DNA from: Perkinsus chesapeaki ATCC PRA-425
Taxonomy: Eukaryota; Protista; Perkinsozoa
NCBI GenBank assembly: GCA_013115145.1
Contig: JAAPAO010000024.1
Coordinates: forward strand, 62,001-126,000
Direction: 5' to 3'
Length of the DNA stretch: 64,000 bases
Made by a program: the position numbers and the translations under genes. Position 1 is the stretch's first letter; each line of letters opens with the position of its first letter. Below the pieces are notes generated by a model, which saw nothing but the letters and a program-made list of their open reading frames with translations, made no database searches and had not been told where the DNA came from. Shown one piece after another: positions 10,252-21,517 of the stretch.

Positions 10252-13200
10252 ATGCGGAACGGAGTTCTGTATGCTACACTCGTCGGCTCCCTCACTCACT
10301 GGGTTGTTGGAGATTTACCAAGCCACTGCACTCGAGAGGACTCCGCTGGTAAAAACCTGTATGGCTTAGCACCTTGCATCAATGGCTGCTTAGGCAAATG
10401 GAGACTATATTTTCTCAAGGGGCCTGTCCCGGACTGGCGGACCAATACTGGCGGGAACTTCTGTGGGTACACGGCGATAAATAGCAATAGAGAGAACCTA
10501 GAACGAGGACAGAGGGTACGGGGAGTAACTCATTCGGTGAGCATGCAAAATGCGTGTCTAGATTGAGCAGTTGATGCATCGAAGCGATCCGAGCAGCGAG
10601 GACTTTAAAGAGCTCCTGGGTAAAGCTGCTCCTCGTGATGTTAGAGAAGCAATATGACATCAGGTATGTCAGCTGATGGGGATGTTGTTGAAGTTGAGCT
10701 GTCATTAACACAAGCAATAGAGGATGTCTATGGTGAGGCGAATGCCCATCATTTGATGGTAGGGACTCATCAGTATACTGTCATTACATAGTCGGCTCGC
10801 AATTTAGATCTTGGACCCTTCGGACCAATCAAAGAGACTTGGGTACTGGACAATGGGCTTCGACGAGTTCGTCGTGCTCAACGATTTTCACCTAACTCCG
10901 AGTGCAGGTTGGTCGGGGAGGGTGTTGTCGCACTGCGAAGGGCCCTCCTTGTAGTTGCTCGTAAAGTAGACTTGTTTGTGCGGTATCGGTGTACAGGAGA
11001 GACGGAATGTGGGAAGGACGATGATGCCGAGTCACCGTAAGTGCGAGGTTTTTTAATAGAATGAGTATTGACGCGAGCCTCAGGGATGGCACGACCAACG
11101 GGTATGTATCATACTGCGGTCAGACTTTGGTTGGGTTGTGGTCAGCTGTAGATGGCTCGAAGCAAGGCTGCGTGTGGGCCAGGAAGTCAGACATGAACGA
11201 AGCCAACAAGGTCGGCGGCGGTTAGAGTTGCTTGGCCTTCATCAAATCATCGCGTTAATTCAGATTCATAGTCTTGCTGTGCCGCACAATGAACAACACG
11301 CTGGCGGACGACCAATAAAGATACTGTCTCCCGAGTTCACTAATCTTGAAACCTCAAGGCGAGTTGGTGAAGTATTTTCGCATACCTCCGGTGTAATGGA
11401 AGTAACATTCATGGAACGAAATTAGTAAATCTAGGATCATGTGTTCAGGCTGGGAGCCAGTGGCCATTCCTTACGTCTAGCGGACGGACAAATCGGTACA
11501 GAAAAACCTACTGTTATTACCCAATGGCAAATGTCAGATACAAGGTCTATGAAACAGGACAGTTTTCAGACGAAGTTAGCTACCCTATTACTGCTGGAAC
11601 AATAGACAGGGTGAAGGGATACCAGTCTGAGGTTGTAGGCTGTAGCTATTTAGCACTTTTGATCGATGCGTTATCAGCATTCACGTCCTTTGGACCTCTG
11701 TCATACTGAGGCAGACTTTGAAGCTGATAGCATCCTTAGTACGCTGCCAGAAGGTGTCCGGGAATCCTACGATTTCAGAGACCGTTACGGATCTTACGGA
11801 AGTGAGTGATCTGTTCATAGAGGGTGCCTCCCTGGAGAAGATATCAAATTTTAGGTAGAGTGAAGAATCAAGGCCCATGTGGTGGATGCTACGCTATGGG
11901 CATTGCGGATGCAGTCCAGGGCGCCATATACAAGGACTTTACTGATATAGGAATACCAATACCAGAGGACTTCGAGCTATCTCCGCAAGGGGTAAGTGGT
12001 GTTATTCTGATGCTCAGAATCATTGCTCAACAGATACTTTCATGCAGCTATACCGCTCAGGCTTGCAATGGCGGCTTCCCAGGTAGGATCTAGGTATGCT
12101 AGGAGAGTGTAGATTGCTTTGGTATTGGCAGGGTCTGTTGGCTTTGACTTACTCGTCACCGGTATAACAACGGAACAGTGCATGCCGTAAGCCTTATGGG
12201 TCACTGTGTGTCTGTGTAGTGTGAATGCTAGCTATACGTTTGATAATGGTAAATGCAAGGCTGAGTGCTTTAGTGATGAGAGAGAAGTGTGGTATGTGAA
12301 GGAAGGCACTTATAAAGGTGAGGTTAATCCTTCTATGAGAGATGATATAGATGTCCTCAGGTGGCTTCTATGGTCGATGCAGCATGGCAAGGATAATGCA
12401 ACATATTTACAGGTAAAGAGGCTATCACCTGGAACGCACCAGGAACCGAGTGTTTCAGGCACGGTCCGATGCAAATAGCAATAGAGGCGCCAAACGGGCT
12501 CAACCCAACACGCTTTGAGACCATAGTGTCCGAGGATGTCCATCACATTGAACCTGAGCACAGCACAGCTGACCTGGTGAGATGTTATGCGTAGAGCTGC
12601 CAGTGATTCTGCACTCGACAGATTGAGATATCGATTCGCAATGCCCCGAAGAAGTTCCTGGATATTCTCAACCATGTCCACTTGAATGATGACCAGAGTG
12701 TATCACTTAGTGAAGAAAATGCTCATTTGCTACGTATGGTAGCTCACAGTACAAGTAGCAGTAGATTTGTTATTATCAGGGCATTTGTTTGTTGCACCGG
12801 GTAAGCAGCCAGAGAGGGACGGCGATGTCCATTTGAGGGTGCACGCTTCCGTCGAACCCAATAAGGACGCTTTGGAAAGGTCGCTCTCATCACTTCTATC
12901 ACAGTTCGGCTCGCATTTTAAAGTGGACCATATTGAAGCTATTGGTGGGCTCTGAATAGTCCTATTTAACCTGTTTACTTTGGCTTCAGGTTCTGAGAGC
13001 TGGGGCTATACTAATCACGCACTACTCCTTGTTGGATGGGGTGCAGAAGTTGACCCAAAGACAGGCAAAGAAGTTAAATATTGGATTGCTAAGAATTCCT
13101 GGGGCCCTAATTGGGGTAAGGGTTGCAGTACTGTGGCGATATTACGGCTTTGATTCCTTTATTAGGCCCATTTGGTGACGGTCACCTTAAACTACAGCGT

Positions 13201-13397
13201 GGCATCAATCTAGGCGGAGTAGAGGCCCAGGCTATGTCATTTCTACCTGATCCATGCAGAGGAGCTTATAGATGTAGGCTACCAGCAAACCACAATCACA
13301 TATATTGCCAGATAATGTTGATAAACATGTAGGAGGTGACCCAGAGAGGATCGCCAGGTTGCCGAGCCACGTGCGTGCGTGCTACGAGCTGGCATGA
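10252..13397 (+). CDS. Cathepsin C / DPAP-like protease, paralog 2 (multi-exon)
   Basis: MRNGVLY...GDLPSHC; [12 protein letters not shown] (Cys 11887-11889); [18 protein letters not shown]; HGPMQIA; [14 protein letters not shown]; [10 protein letters not shown]; ends ACYELA*. Confidence 0.88.
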
Positions 13398-13909
13398 TAG
13401 TAGTTCATGTCGTCCTTGTTATACTTGAGCCGTTGCTATCCAGAATGCTGAATGTTTAGTTGTTATTAATATCGGCCATCCTTCTAACACTTGGCATAAG
13501 GTACGTACCTTAAGCCGCTAACACTTTAGCCGCTCGCGGGTTTGCACGCATGCACAATTTACATACTCACAATCTAGGCTGGTGCCGCCAGGCTGATGGA
13601 CCATGTTGTAATTTAATCGACAATTACCTCCGCTAAGTGGAAGGGGGTGCCGTGGGAGTGTGCCTACCAAGCACACTCCGCACTGAAAAGCCACACAACT
13701 GAAAAATGCACAACGCGCATTACTTCTTAGCGGGGCGAAGCAGATATCAGTTTCTTAACTTTGCGCTGTTGCCTACTTTTTGATTTAATATTATATTATT
13801 ATTATGTTTATCCGACAATCAGGGTTCCGGTATGTACAGAGGCAGGTAAGAATGTATAGATGGAACAGGTTAACATCTAATATGTTGCTTACTGGTTCTC
13901 GCTCAGAGG

Positions 13910-15215
13910 CAGGCTCATCTATGGCCTTGGTAATGCTGCCATCCTTGCTGCCCTTACTCTGTTATTAGGTTATCTGTGGCGCTGGTATCGGTGGATTCTC
14001 CCTTGCGTCTCACGCGGTTACATCTCCTCATGACCATGGTAGCTCTTGTGGGTGGTTTGGGAGTAAAAGCAATAAGATGGATGAAGTGGCCGATGAAAGG
14101 GACGTCTTGAGCGATATTGATTCTCACAAGGTATTTATACCACATTTCTCTCAAATCTACGTTCAGACCGCTGCGTTCAGGCCTATACAACAGGAAGCGG
14201 CGGTGGGTGTAACATCGTGGCCAAGATGGGGGACGGCGGTAGCTCCGCTACTGAAGCCGATTCAACTCCGTCGACTAAGTCGGGAGAAGATGAGGCTATG
14301 TGGGGAGAGCTAATGGATGGAGTAGAGGCCCCTGCTGATGGAAGGATCAGGCCAACTGAGCTACACTTGGCTGCATTTAGAGGAGATATAATAGAGGCTA
14401 AGACTATCATAGATAATAAGGTAAAGAGGCTTAAGGCCCCCTTTGTAAGAGGCATGCTATTTGTTTAGGGGCATGAAGCTAATCAGGCAGATAGTGAGGG
14501 TATGACACCGTTGATGGTAGCAGTTAAGCAAGGCCATATGGATGTGGCGGAGCTGCTGTTGGGTGTTAGTGATGTTAAGGCTACAGATAAGGAGGAATGG
14601 ACAGTACTTCATTGGTAGTAGAATGCGGGGGGGATATGGATAGAGGATGGCATTATAGGGCATGTGAAGTGGGAAGATTACCGTTGGTTAAGAGGCTCTG
14701 TGAGGAGCATTCGGAGCTTATGACTATGAAGGACAAAAGGGGTCTTACGCCTTTACATGTGGGGAGGGTCATGGCTAGAGGTGTCAGAATAATCCCCCAT
14801 TAGATTGCTTGTTGGCAAGGGAATGTGGAGCTAGCTAAGATATTATTAGATCATAAGGCAGATATGAATGCATTGACCAAATGGGGCGAGACGCCATTGG
14901 TAAGCTTCGATTGTTGTTGTTGTTTTTCGTATTATCGTTATTCTCATCATCATCAGCATCACGCAGCCTTCTTTGGTCATGTTGAAGTATGTCGATTGTT
15001 ATTGGAGCGAGGTGCCGATCCTCTAGTAAAGGACAGACTACGTCGCTCGCCTAAGTCATTGGCCAGCGGCAAAGGTGTTGGTGCAGAGCTGCGGTGAGCA
15101 CATGTGTGTAGGGGAGGAATGGTAATTGGGTTTTTAGTGATTTGTTCCGAGAAGCCATGACTGTTGGTAAGTGTTAGTGGCCTCACCAATGGAGTGAGTG
15201 CCGTATGTATGACAT
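13910..15215 (+). CDS. Ankyrin-repeat protein (multi-exon; both ends uncertain)
   Basis: TELHLAAFRG, GMTPLMVAVKQGH, GLTPLH(I)ACWQGN, GETPLHHAAFFGHVEVCRLLLERGAD across short introns. Confidence 0.8.
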
Positions 15216-15425
15216 GATATTGATGATGACACAGCTGCCGTCTGATGGTTTATATTTTTATAACCGTCTTTCGAAGGGTTAGTAGTAGTATGAGATGCAT
15301 CGGGTTTCAGCGTTCATTCCAACTGTATTGTGTTAAGTGCGCAGGTTCAATTCCTAGTTAGTCCATTTTAATCTTCGAGGTTGTGGATTCGCACCCTCTT
15401 GATCAACACGCCCTTAGGTTTTTCA

Positions 15426-18400
15426 ATGATTCCTGATTTACCCCGTCATCGATATCGAAATCGCTTGTCGCCCATCTATTCTCTCCTAGGCTTGGCCATT
15501 GGTGTCTGTGTGGCCCTTCAAGTGGTGGTACCTGCCTTATTTGTAACCTCTCAACCAGCAGTAGCCCAATCAGCTGCTATTGCCACTGGCTATGCTCGTC
15601 GGTCAGCCTCTAACCTGAGAGCTGGGTATAATGCTGGTAGCACTCGAGCGACTGGGGGCTATCAACCGTCATGGCTCCTTATGGGAATTGGTGCTGCCGC
15701 AATATTGGCAACGGTTGTGGTGGCGAGGAAAGGCAGTAAGAGAGGGACGGTGAGCCGACGAGCTGCTTATGATAAGGCGAACGCTGTGGTGGAAGCATCG
15801 ACCCCGCTGCCGAGGAATCCAGCTGTTAGAGTTGGGAGGCTGAGCAATGGCCTTGAGTATGTTATACAGGACCATGAGGACGCTATAGAGAGGAGAGGGG
15901 GTGTACATGCTACTCTGGAGGTACATGTTGGCAGTAGAGACGAGGGCCCTAGGGAGCAGGGAATTGCACATCTGGTGGAGCATGCTGCATTTATGGGCTG
16001 TGATAGGAGGAGGGCTGACTTTGCCAGCAAGGGAGGACAGAGTAATGCTGAGACGGACTATCATCATGTAAGCTTTGAGACTGTGATACCTGGTTTGGAT
16101 GGATTGAAGGGGGCATTGGGCCTGCTGAGACAGGCGGGATTCGAGGCTGAGATGAAAAAGGATGTAGTTGAGAGGGAGAGATTGGTGGTGCTGAGGGAGA
16201 AGGCTCAGATGGACACCCATGACTATGCGCAGGAGTGTGCGGCACTAGAGGCGTTGCATAGTGAAAATGTGTTGGGTACGCAGTTCCCTATAGGGAGTGC
16301 TGATCTAATCAGGGGATGGACGAGGGAACAAGTGAAGGGCTTTTATAAGAAGTGGTTTAGGCCTCCGAACAGCACTCTATTTATAGTTGGAGATCTTCAA
16401 GGGCGGGAAGAAGAGGTCGTATCTGAGGTTGAAGCGTGCTTCGGAGGTGTTGATGCTGGTGTAGCTCCAGTAAGGTCGCCTGTATTCCACATGTGGTCGC
16501 CTGATGCTCCGACTATCCGCATTGACCAACAGTCGAAGGACACTACTGTGGGGAGAATAACGTTAATGTCAAAGCAGGCAGTTCATCCATTAAAAACTTG
16601 GGGGGATATGCGACAGTATGTGGCTGAGGATATCGCTATAAGAGCAGTGGCGTCGAGGCTAGCAAGGTCAAGTAGGACTTTGGAGGTACCAGTTGTGGCT
16701 GAGGCTGACTGTGTGGATAGCATAAGAGAGGATTGCCGTGTCAGTAGCATACGAATTGGAGGAACTACAGTGGACGGAGCGATGCAGGGCGTTAAGGAGG
16801 CAGCTAGAGTGGTGAGTGATGTGTGTAATAAAGGTCTGGATAAGGGGGAGATAGAGGCACTTGGAGAGGACTATGTGAAGGGGTTGGAGGATATGAAGGA
16901 TGCTAGTAGTGCTGAGCAGTTGGAGATGCTAATGGACTTGCTCTTATTGGGCCATACACCAGTGGCACCGGGTGATGCGGTGAGGATGGCTAAGAGGGTG
17001 GTGAAGGGTATCACTGCTGGTGAAGTAATGGAGGGAGCTAAGAGGGTGTTTGGTGGGCTGTTGGATAATAGGCTGAGGGCTTATGCTAGTGGGAAGGGGT
17101 GGACGGAGGAGTCTATAATGGAGGCTATTAGGGAGGGGATGAAGGCTAAGGGAGAAAGACCGAAGGGTCTGGCTTTACACTGTCAGCATCTGGTACAGCC
17201 AGCTGCATCGGTGCCAAGGGTGTTGGATATTAAGAAGGATAGTGGTGTGTACCATACAGAGCTGGGCACAGGTGTTAAAGTACGAGTAATCCAGTCGAGA
17301 GGGGAGCCCGGAAGCTATAGGGTTAGGATAAGGTGGCCTGGAGGTGCATTGAAGGCCCGTAGCGCGGCCCATGCAGCTGTTGCTAGTCACGTGTTGGCAT
17401 CCCAATGGCAGCGAGCGGATGGCAGTGTGGATGCATTCATGAAGGGACACTCTTTGAGTGAACCTGTTATGGGGCAATCTCTGGAGTGGACGGAGATCAG
17501 CGTGTCGGGTGGCAAGGAGGTCGAGGCTGCTTTGGAGTTTATAAAGTATGTGTTAACCAGCCAAGTGGGGGCTGGTAGGGAAGGCTCTGTTGACATTGCT
17601 AAGGCTATAGCGAGCTTGGAGGCGTTGGGGTCTAGTCGTGGCCTGTCGATTGAAAGGGAAGGGCTGGATAGGTTGGTTGGTAGTATGTATCCCCACACTG
17701 ACATATTGAGGGAGCCTAAGGGTGTGGGGGAGGTACGAGAGGTCACCAAGGAACTCTCCTGGGTGGATGACTCGCAGCTGCAGATTGACATGGTCGGCGA
17801 CTTTCGCGCGCCACAAGAGGCCTTTGCAGCGGCTGATAAGTTCTTTGGTACTATGAAGATGATGGAAGGTAACCCAAAGGACGGCGAGGCCCGTCAAGAA
17901 CTGCCGTCGGTGGCAGACTCGTGGACAGATGCGCCTCAGCGTGTCGAGCTGCCTAAGGTGGCTAGTGATAGGGCTTTGGTGCTGCTAGGCGGAGGGATGG
18001 AAAAGCAACCAGAATGGCAAGTGGCGTTGCTGGCTGAGGAGGTCCTCAATACTGCCCTATTCAGAAGGCTTAGGGAGGAGTCTAGGCTGACCTATGATGC
18101 TAGGGGGTCCTTCTTAGTGCCTGATCGCCGGGGAACTGGCTCGGGCCACTGGACTGTGGCGGTCCATACTGACCCCGCGGACGCTGACCAATGTGTGTCG
18201 GAGGCACTACAGGTTGTTAGAGGATTTAAAAAGGTTGATGAGGCCGCACTGGCCAGGGCGAAGACATCAGTGCTGGGGCAACTATTGCAGCTTCAACAAG
18301 CCAATGCTTTCATCTTGGCTATGCTGGACAAGCCAGGTGGATTGGAGCGAATAAGCAAGGCGACCACCGAGGAAGTCGAAGATGTGTTCCAGTCTATGCG

Positions 18401-18464
18401 CACTGGCCCAAGGTCAACACACGTTGTTGTTGCTGAGGGCACTGATAGGAATGTTTCTACGTAA
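15426..18464 (+). CDS. SPP: M16 metallopeptidase, plastid stromal processing peptidase-like, with plastid-targeting presequence; single exon
   Basis: HxxEH motif HLVEH (15969-15983) in context LEVHVGSRDE...EQGIAHLVEH; SNAETDYHH; HSEN..GTQFPIG..IRGW...FYKKWFRPPNSTLFIVGD, recalled as typical of plant/algal SPP. Confidence 0.8.
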   Translation: MIPDLPRHRYRNRLSPIYSLLGLAIGVCVALQVVVPALFVTSQPAVAQSAAIATGYARRSASNLRAGYNAGSTRATGGYQPSWLLMGIGAAAILATVVVARKGSKRGTVSRRAAYDKANAVVEASTPLPRNPAVRVGRLSNGLEYVIQDHEDAIERRGGVHATLEVHVGSRDEGPREQGIAHLVEHAAFMGCDRRRADFASKGGQSNAETDYHHVSFETVIPGLDGLKGALGLLRQAGFEAEMKKDVVERERLVVLREKAQMDTHDYAQECAALEALHSENVLGTQFPIGSADLIRGWTREQVKGFYKKWFRPPNSTLFIVGDLQGREEEVVSEVEACFGGVDAGVAPVRSPVFHMWSPDAPTIRIDQQSKDTTVGRITLMSKQAVHPLKTWGDMRQYVAEDIAIRAVASRLARSSRTLEVPVVAEADCVDSIREDCRVSSIRIGGTTVDGAMQGVKEAARVVSDVCNKGLDKGEIEALGEDYVKGLEDMKDASSAEQLEMLMDLLLLGHTPVAPGDAVRMAKRVVKGITAGEVMEGAKRVFGGLLDNRLRAYASGKGWTEESIMEAIREGMKAKGERPKGLALHCQHLVQPAASVPRVLDIKKDSGVYHTELGTGVKVRVIQSRGEPGSYRVRIRWPGGALKARSAAHAAVASHVLASQWQRADGSVDAFMKGHSLSEPVMGQSLEWTEISVSGGKEVEAALEFIKYVLTSQVGAGREGSVDIAKAIASLEALGSSRGLSIEREGLDRLVGSMYPHTDILREPKGVGEVREVTKELSWVDDSQLQIDMVGDFRAPQEAFAAADKFFGTMKMMEGNPKDGEARQELPSVADSWTDAPQRVELPKVASDRALVLLGGGMEKQPEWQVALLAEEVLNTALFRRLREESRLTYDARGSFLVPDRRGTGSGHWTVAVHTDPADADQCVSEALQVVRGFKKVDEAALARAKTSVLGQLLQLQQANAFILAMLDKPGGLERISKATTEEVEDVFQSMRTGPRSTHVVVAEGTDRNVST

Positions 18465-18920
18465 CAGTGTAATAACAAAGTATTGAGTAGATGATATGGA
18501 GAGAGGTGGTGGCAGAATATTAGTGTTATGATTACTGACCACAGCAACACTAAAGAGAGTAGGATCGGAGGCTATAGTTAAGCTTGAAGTCGCAGCTAAG
18601 GCCAAAGCAACTAATACTACTACGGTAGAAGTTGTGAGTAGTAATGATTATTATACTGAGATGAATCATTATCAATCATCAAGTGCAGTATAGTTATAGA
18701 CATTCCTTAGTATCTATTATCAGTGTAGTGCAGTCATCTTTAGGACCTAGCTGAGGCCGATGTCCTCATTGAGGCATTGACCACCACAGTGGTCCCTTGT
18801 CGATGCTGCTGCTGCGCTTCTGAGGTTCCGTAAGAGCATTGGCCAGTAGCTGCTGTGGTGGTCAATAAAAATGACCTAGAAAGAGCACCTTTGTCGTTAA
18901 GGTGCTGCAGCCTAGGTACA
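18411..18920 (+). pseudogene. Decayed copy of the SelH-like gene overlapping the SPP 3' end
   Basis: Aligns at offset 2415 with 20826 onward and keeps the first three splice donors. ADVLIEA is kept but CKSU is replaced by LTTT; the last exon and SECIS are missing. Confidence 0.75.
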
Positions 18921-18947
18921 CATTCTACTCTCCACTCAGCAGCTTAG

Positions 18948-19103
18948 CTCCTTGAAGAGCTTGTTAGCATCGACGCCTCGTCTAGTGATAAGCTTCTCAT
19001 CGTTATTCTAAACTATGCCAATTGCAGCTTATGGGGACAAAGAGGGTCATACACCAACCGGTCTGTTGGAGGTTACTCATACCAGAAACTTGGAACAGAT
19101 CTG
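18948..19103 (+). pseudogene. Decayed 5' fragment of the serpin gene
   Basis: ctccttgaagagc...caattgcagcttatggggacaaagaggg...ttactcatacc...ttggaacag aligns to 21796-21974 with indels. Confidence 0.75.
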
Positions 19104-19417
19104 CTGCACAAATCGTGAAAATATTATAGTGCAATATGATGATGCTCAAGTTGTTACGTAAGTAGTCAGGATTACCACGGCAAACGCCAATTAATCAAAA
19201 AAAGCCTACAGTATAACAGACTCTATATGAATACAAACGTGTAGGTCACAGGTCGTGACGTGGTCGATCCTTTAGACGTCAATTGTCTGACTTTTTGTTA
19301 ACGTGGCTTCAGTAGCTTAAGTGGCAGATACTCGTTCCAATGCTGCTTATTCTCATTAACTTGGATTTGTCTCCCACTAGAGGCCTATTTGCTTCGAGTC
19401 GGGAAATTGATTCGTAA

Positions 19418-20469
19418 ATGTTGGTACTTGTTCTTCGTAGCGCCTTTATACTGAGTTGATATTATTAATAAAGAGCAGGAACAATCGTCTGGGCCTATTG
19501 TATTGGTTATTACCGTGCTTCTATTTGCTGGGGCCTTATTCGGTATCTGGTACTGAGGAGGCCCGTCATCCGACATACAGTGTTCCACCTGCCATCGGCG
19601 TCCAATCAACTCGTAACGAGTCCGGGACTTTGTTCGAGCGAAGTACATGCTATAGACACAAGCCAGTCGAACAATCTATGGGGTATCCTACATATGAAAG
19701 AATAACGATGTTGGTTAAACCTGATAGTTATGCTGATACTATGACGGTGGTCTTCCGTTCTACGTTCTATCGTATAGACGTCAACAGAAACGGTGTCAGG
19801 TTTGAGGCGGTAGACTTAGGCGACGGCGCTTGGTTGATTTATGTTGGCTACGAAAAAAATGGGAAAGAGCTCCTTCGTGCTTTAGGGTCCTATGTAGGCG
19901 CAACGCTACCTACCCCATCCGTATTATTCTATTTCAACACGAGAGCCAATAAGCTGTACTCCTCAACATTCCATCTAACTGCGGTGGATTGTTTTGACGT
20001 TGAAGAATTTTGGCCACCCACGGGGTTCCCGGCCCTTCAAAATGGTGGAGTATACCGTGGCGGGTCTTCTAGGAAACGTTGGCCATTCAAGAATAAATTG
20101 AAAATTAAGTTGGCTCTTTCTGGCACTGGCACCAGACTCCTTTTATCGTATTGGTCGAGGACGGGCAAGCTTCGGACATATGGCGAGAATGTTAATTTCA
20201 CACCCCAGCAGTATGACGGACCTGAGGGCACTACTTGGGCTATAATGGCCCCCAACCCGCACATGAATGCTCCCACTGCAGAGTTCTTGGCCCAGTGGCA
20301 GGAAGATCTGAATATTAATCTTACGAGGTTTCGTACAAATGATGGTCTTATCCCCTTTTTATATATTAACGATGACGGCAGTAAGATTCTATTTGGTGGC
20401 GAAGAAGGGTTTGTTACTCTGTGGCCGCATGGCAGGGTTCCCAAGTCGAGTAGGAATACTAAAAACTGA
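19418..20469 (+). CDS. Uncharacterised predicted secreted protein (lineage-specific?)
   Basis: 337-codon open frame 19456-20469 with an N-terminal hydrophobic stretch. A plausible ATG at 19418 joins through a ~50-nt GT-AG intron. No family recognised. Confidence 0.55.
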
Positions 20470-20865
20470 CTTCTACAGTATAATCCGGGATCAATGATGG
20501 CTCATAGTCCTTGATATGGTAACACATCCGAGTTACCTCGATTATGTATTGACTTATTTACTGGATTTTCTGTTAAGTATCGGTCACATTCAGTTATCAC
20601 ACCGCCTGTTTATTGACTGTTGCAGTTAACTTTCCTGTTGTGTTCCCTTTGGGCGCATTTTAGAGAGGATTTTACGCTCACTCACAAGGCGAAAGAGGTC
20701 ATTCTCGGTTCCTGACCATAAGGATATTAGTATAATACGCCCGCGGTCCGCACTTGCCGCCCTGCGGACGTCTCCTAGTGCACGCTGAGGCGATGCCGGT
20801 TATTCGAGGCTTCAGTACCGCCCCGAGGTCAACACACGTTGTTGTTGCTGAGGGCACTGATAGGA

Positions 20866-21483
20866 ATGTTCCTACGTAATAGTGTAATAACGAAGTGGGG
20901 AGAGGTGGCTGACTGTTAGTGTTAATTTTTGACGACCATAGCACCACCAAAGAAGACAGGATCGGAGGCTATAGTTAAGCCTAAGGGGAAGGCAAAGGGG
21001 AAGGCTAAGGGGAAGGCTAAAGCAAGTACTACTACAGTAGAAGTGGTAAGTAATAATGATGTAGGAGTGTATTTTTATTGTAAGATTAACGTTCTTGTTA
21101 CACTGTCGTGGATAACCCTTGCTAGTCATTGTTGTTGGTGTAGTGCAGTCATCTTCAGGACCCAATCGCCGCCGATGTCCTTATTGAGGCCTGCAAGAGC
21201 TGAGGAGTATTCAAACGGAGTGCTGCTGCATTAACTGAGGCACTGCAGAAGCACCGTCCAGGAACTACAGTCGTGGTCAATGAGAATGGCCAAGCCAAGC
21301 CTAGAAAGGGCACCTTTGCTGTTAAGGTGCTGCAGCTTACGGCCACACACTTCCCTCTAGTAGGCTTAGGTCCATGGTGGGAAGGAGGTCTTCGCCTTGG
21401 TTGGCATGCCACGCCCGTTTAAGAGCTTGAGGGAGTTGGATATCGACGAGGCCGCTGGTAAAGTGGCGAAGGCATTGGAGTAG
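20866..21483 (+). CDS. SELENOH: Selenoprotein H-like (Rdx fold, CxxU), 4 exons, Sec TGA at 21201-21203
   Basis: Exons 20866-20875, 20942-21045, 21159(or 21144)-21326, 21370-21483 give MFLPPPKKTG..KGKAKGKAKGKAKA..VLIEACKS-U-GVFKRSAAALTEAL..KPRKGTFAVKV..GMPRPFKSLRELD..ALE* (about 131 aa). A SECIS follows. The start exon is the least certain part. Confidence 0.88.
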
Positions 21484-21517
21484 TGGTGAGGCTGTCTGTT
21501 GTGTTGCCTGCCTTTGA

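Noticed and set aside
15276-15365. tRNA-like stretch (GGTTCAATTCC box, wobble-paired ends, TTTT) upstream of SPP, considered as tRNA-Sec
   Set aside because: The T-stem has mismatches and I could not fold a D-arm or anticodon arm. tRNAscan-SE/Secmarker would settle it.
15669-17897. Many antisense ORFs over SPP, and similarly over the serpin, GT and acidic genes
   Set aside because: Shadow ORFs produced by codon bias on the real coding strand.
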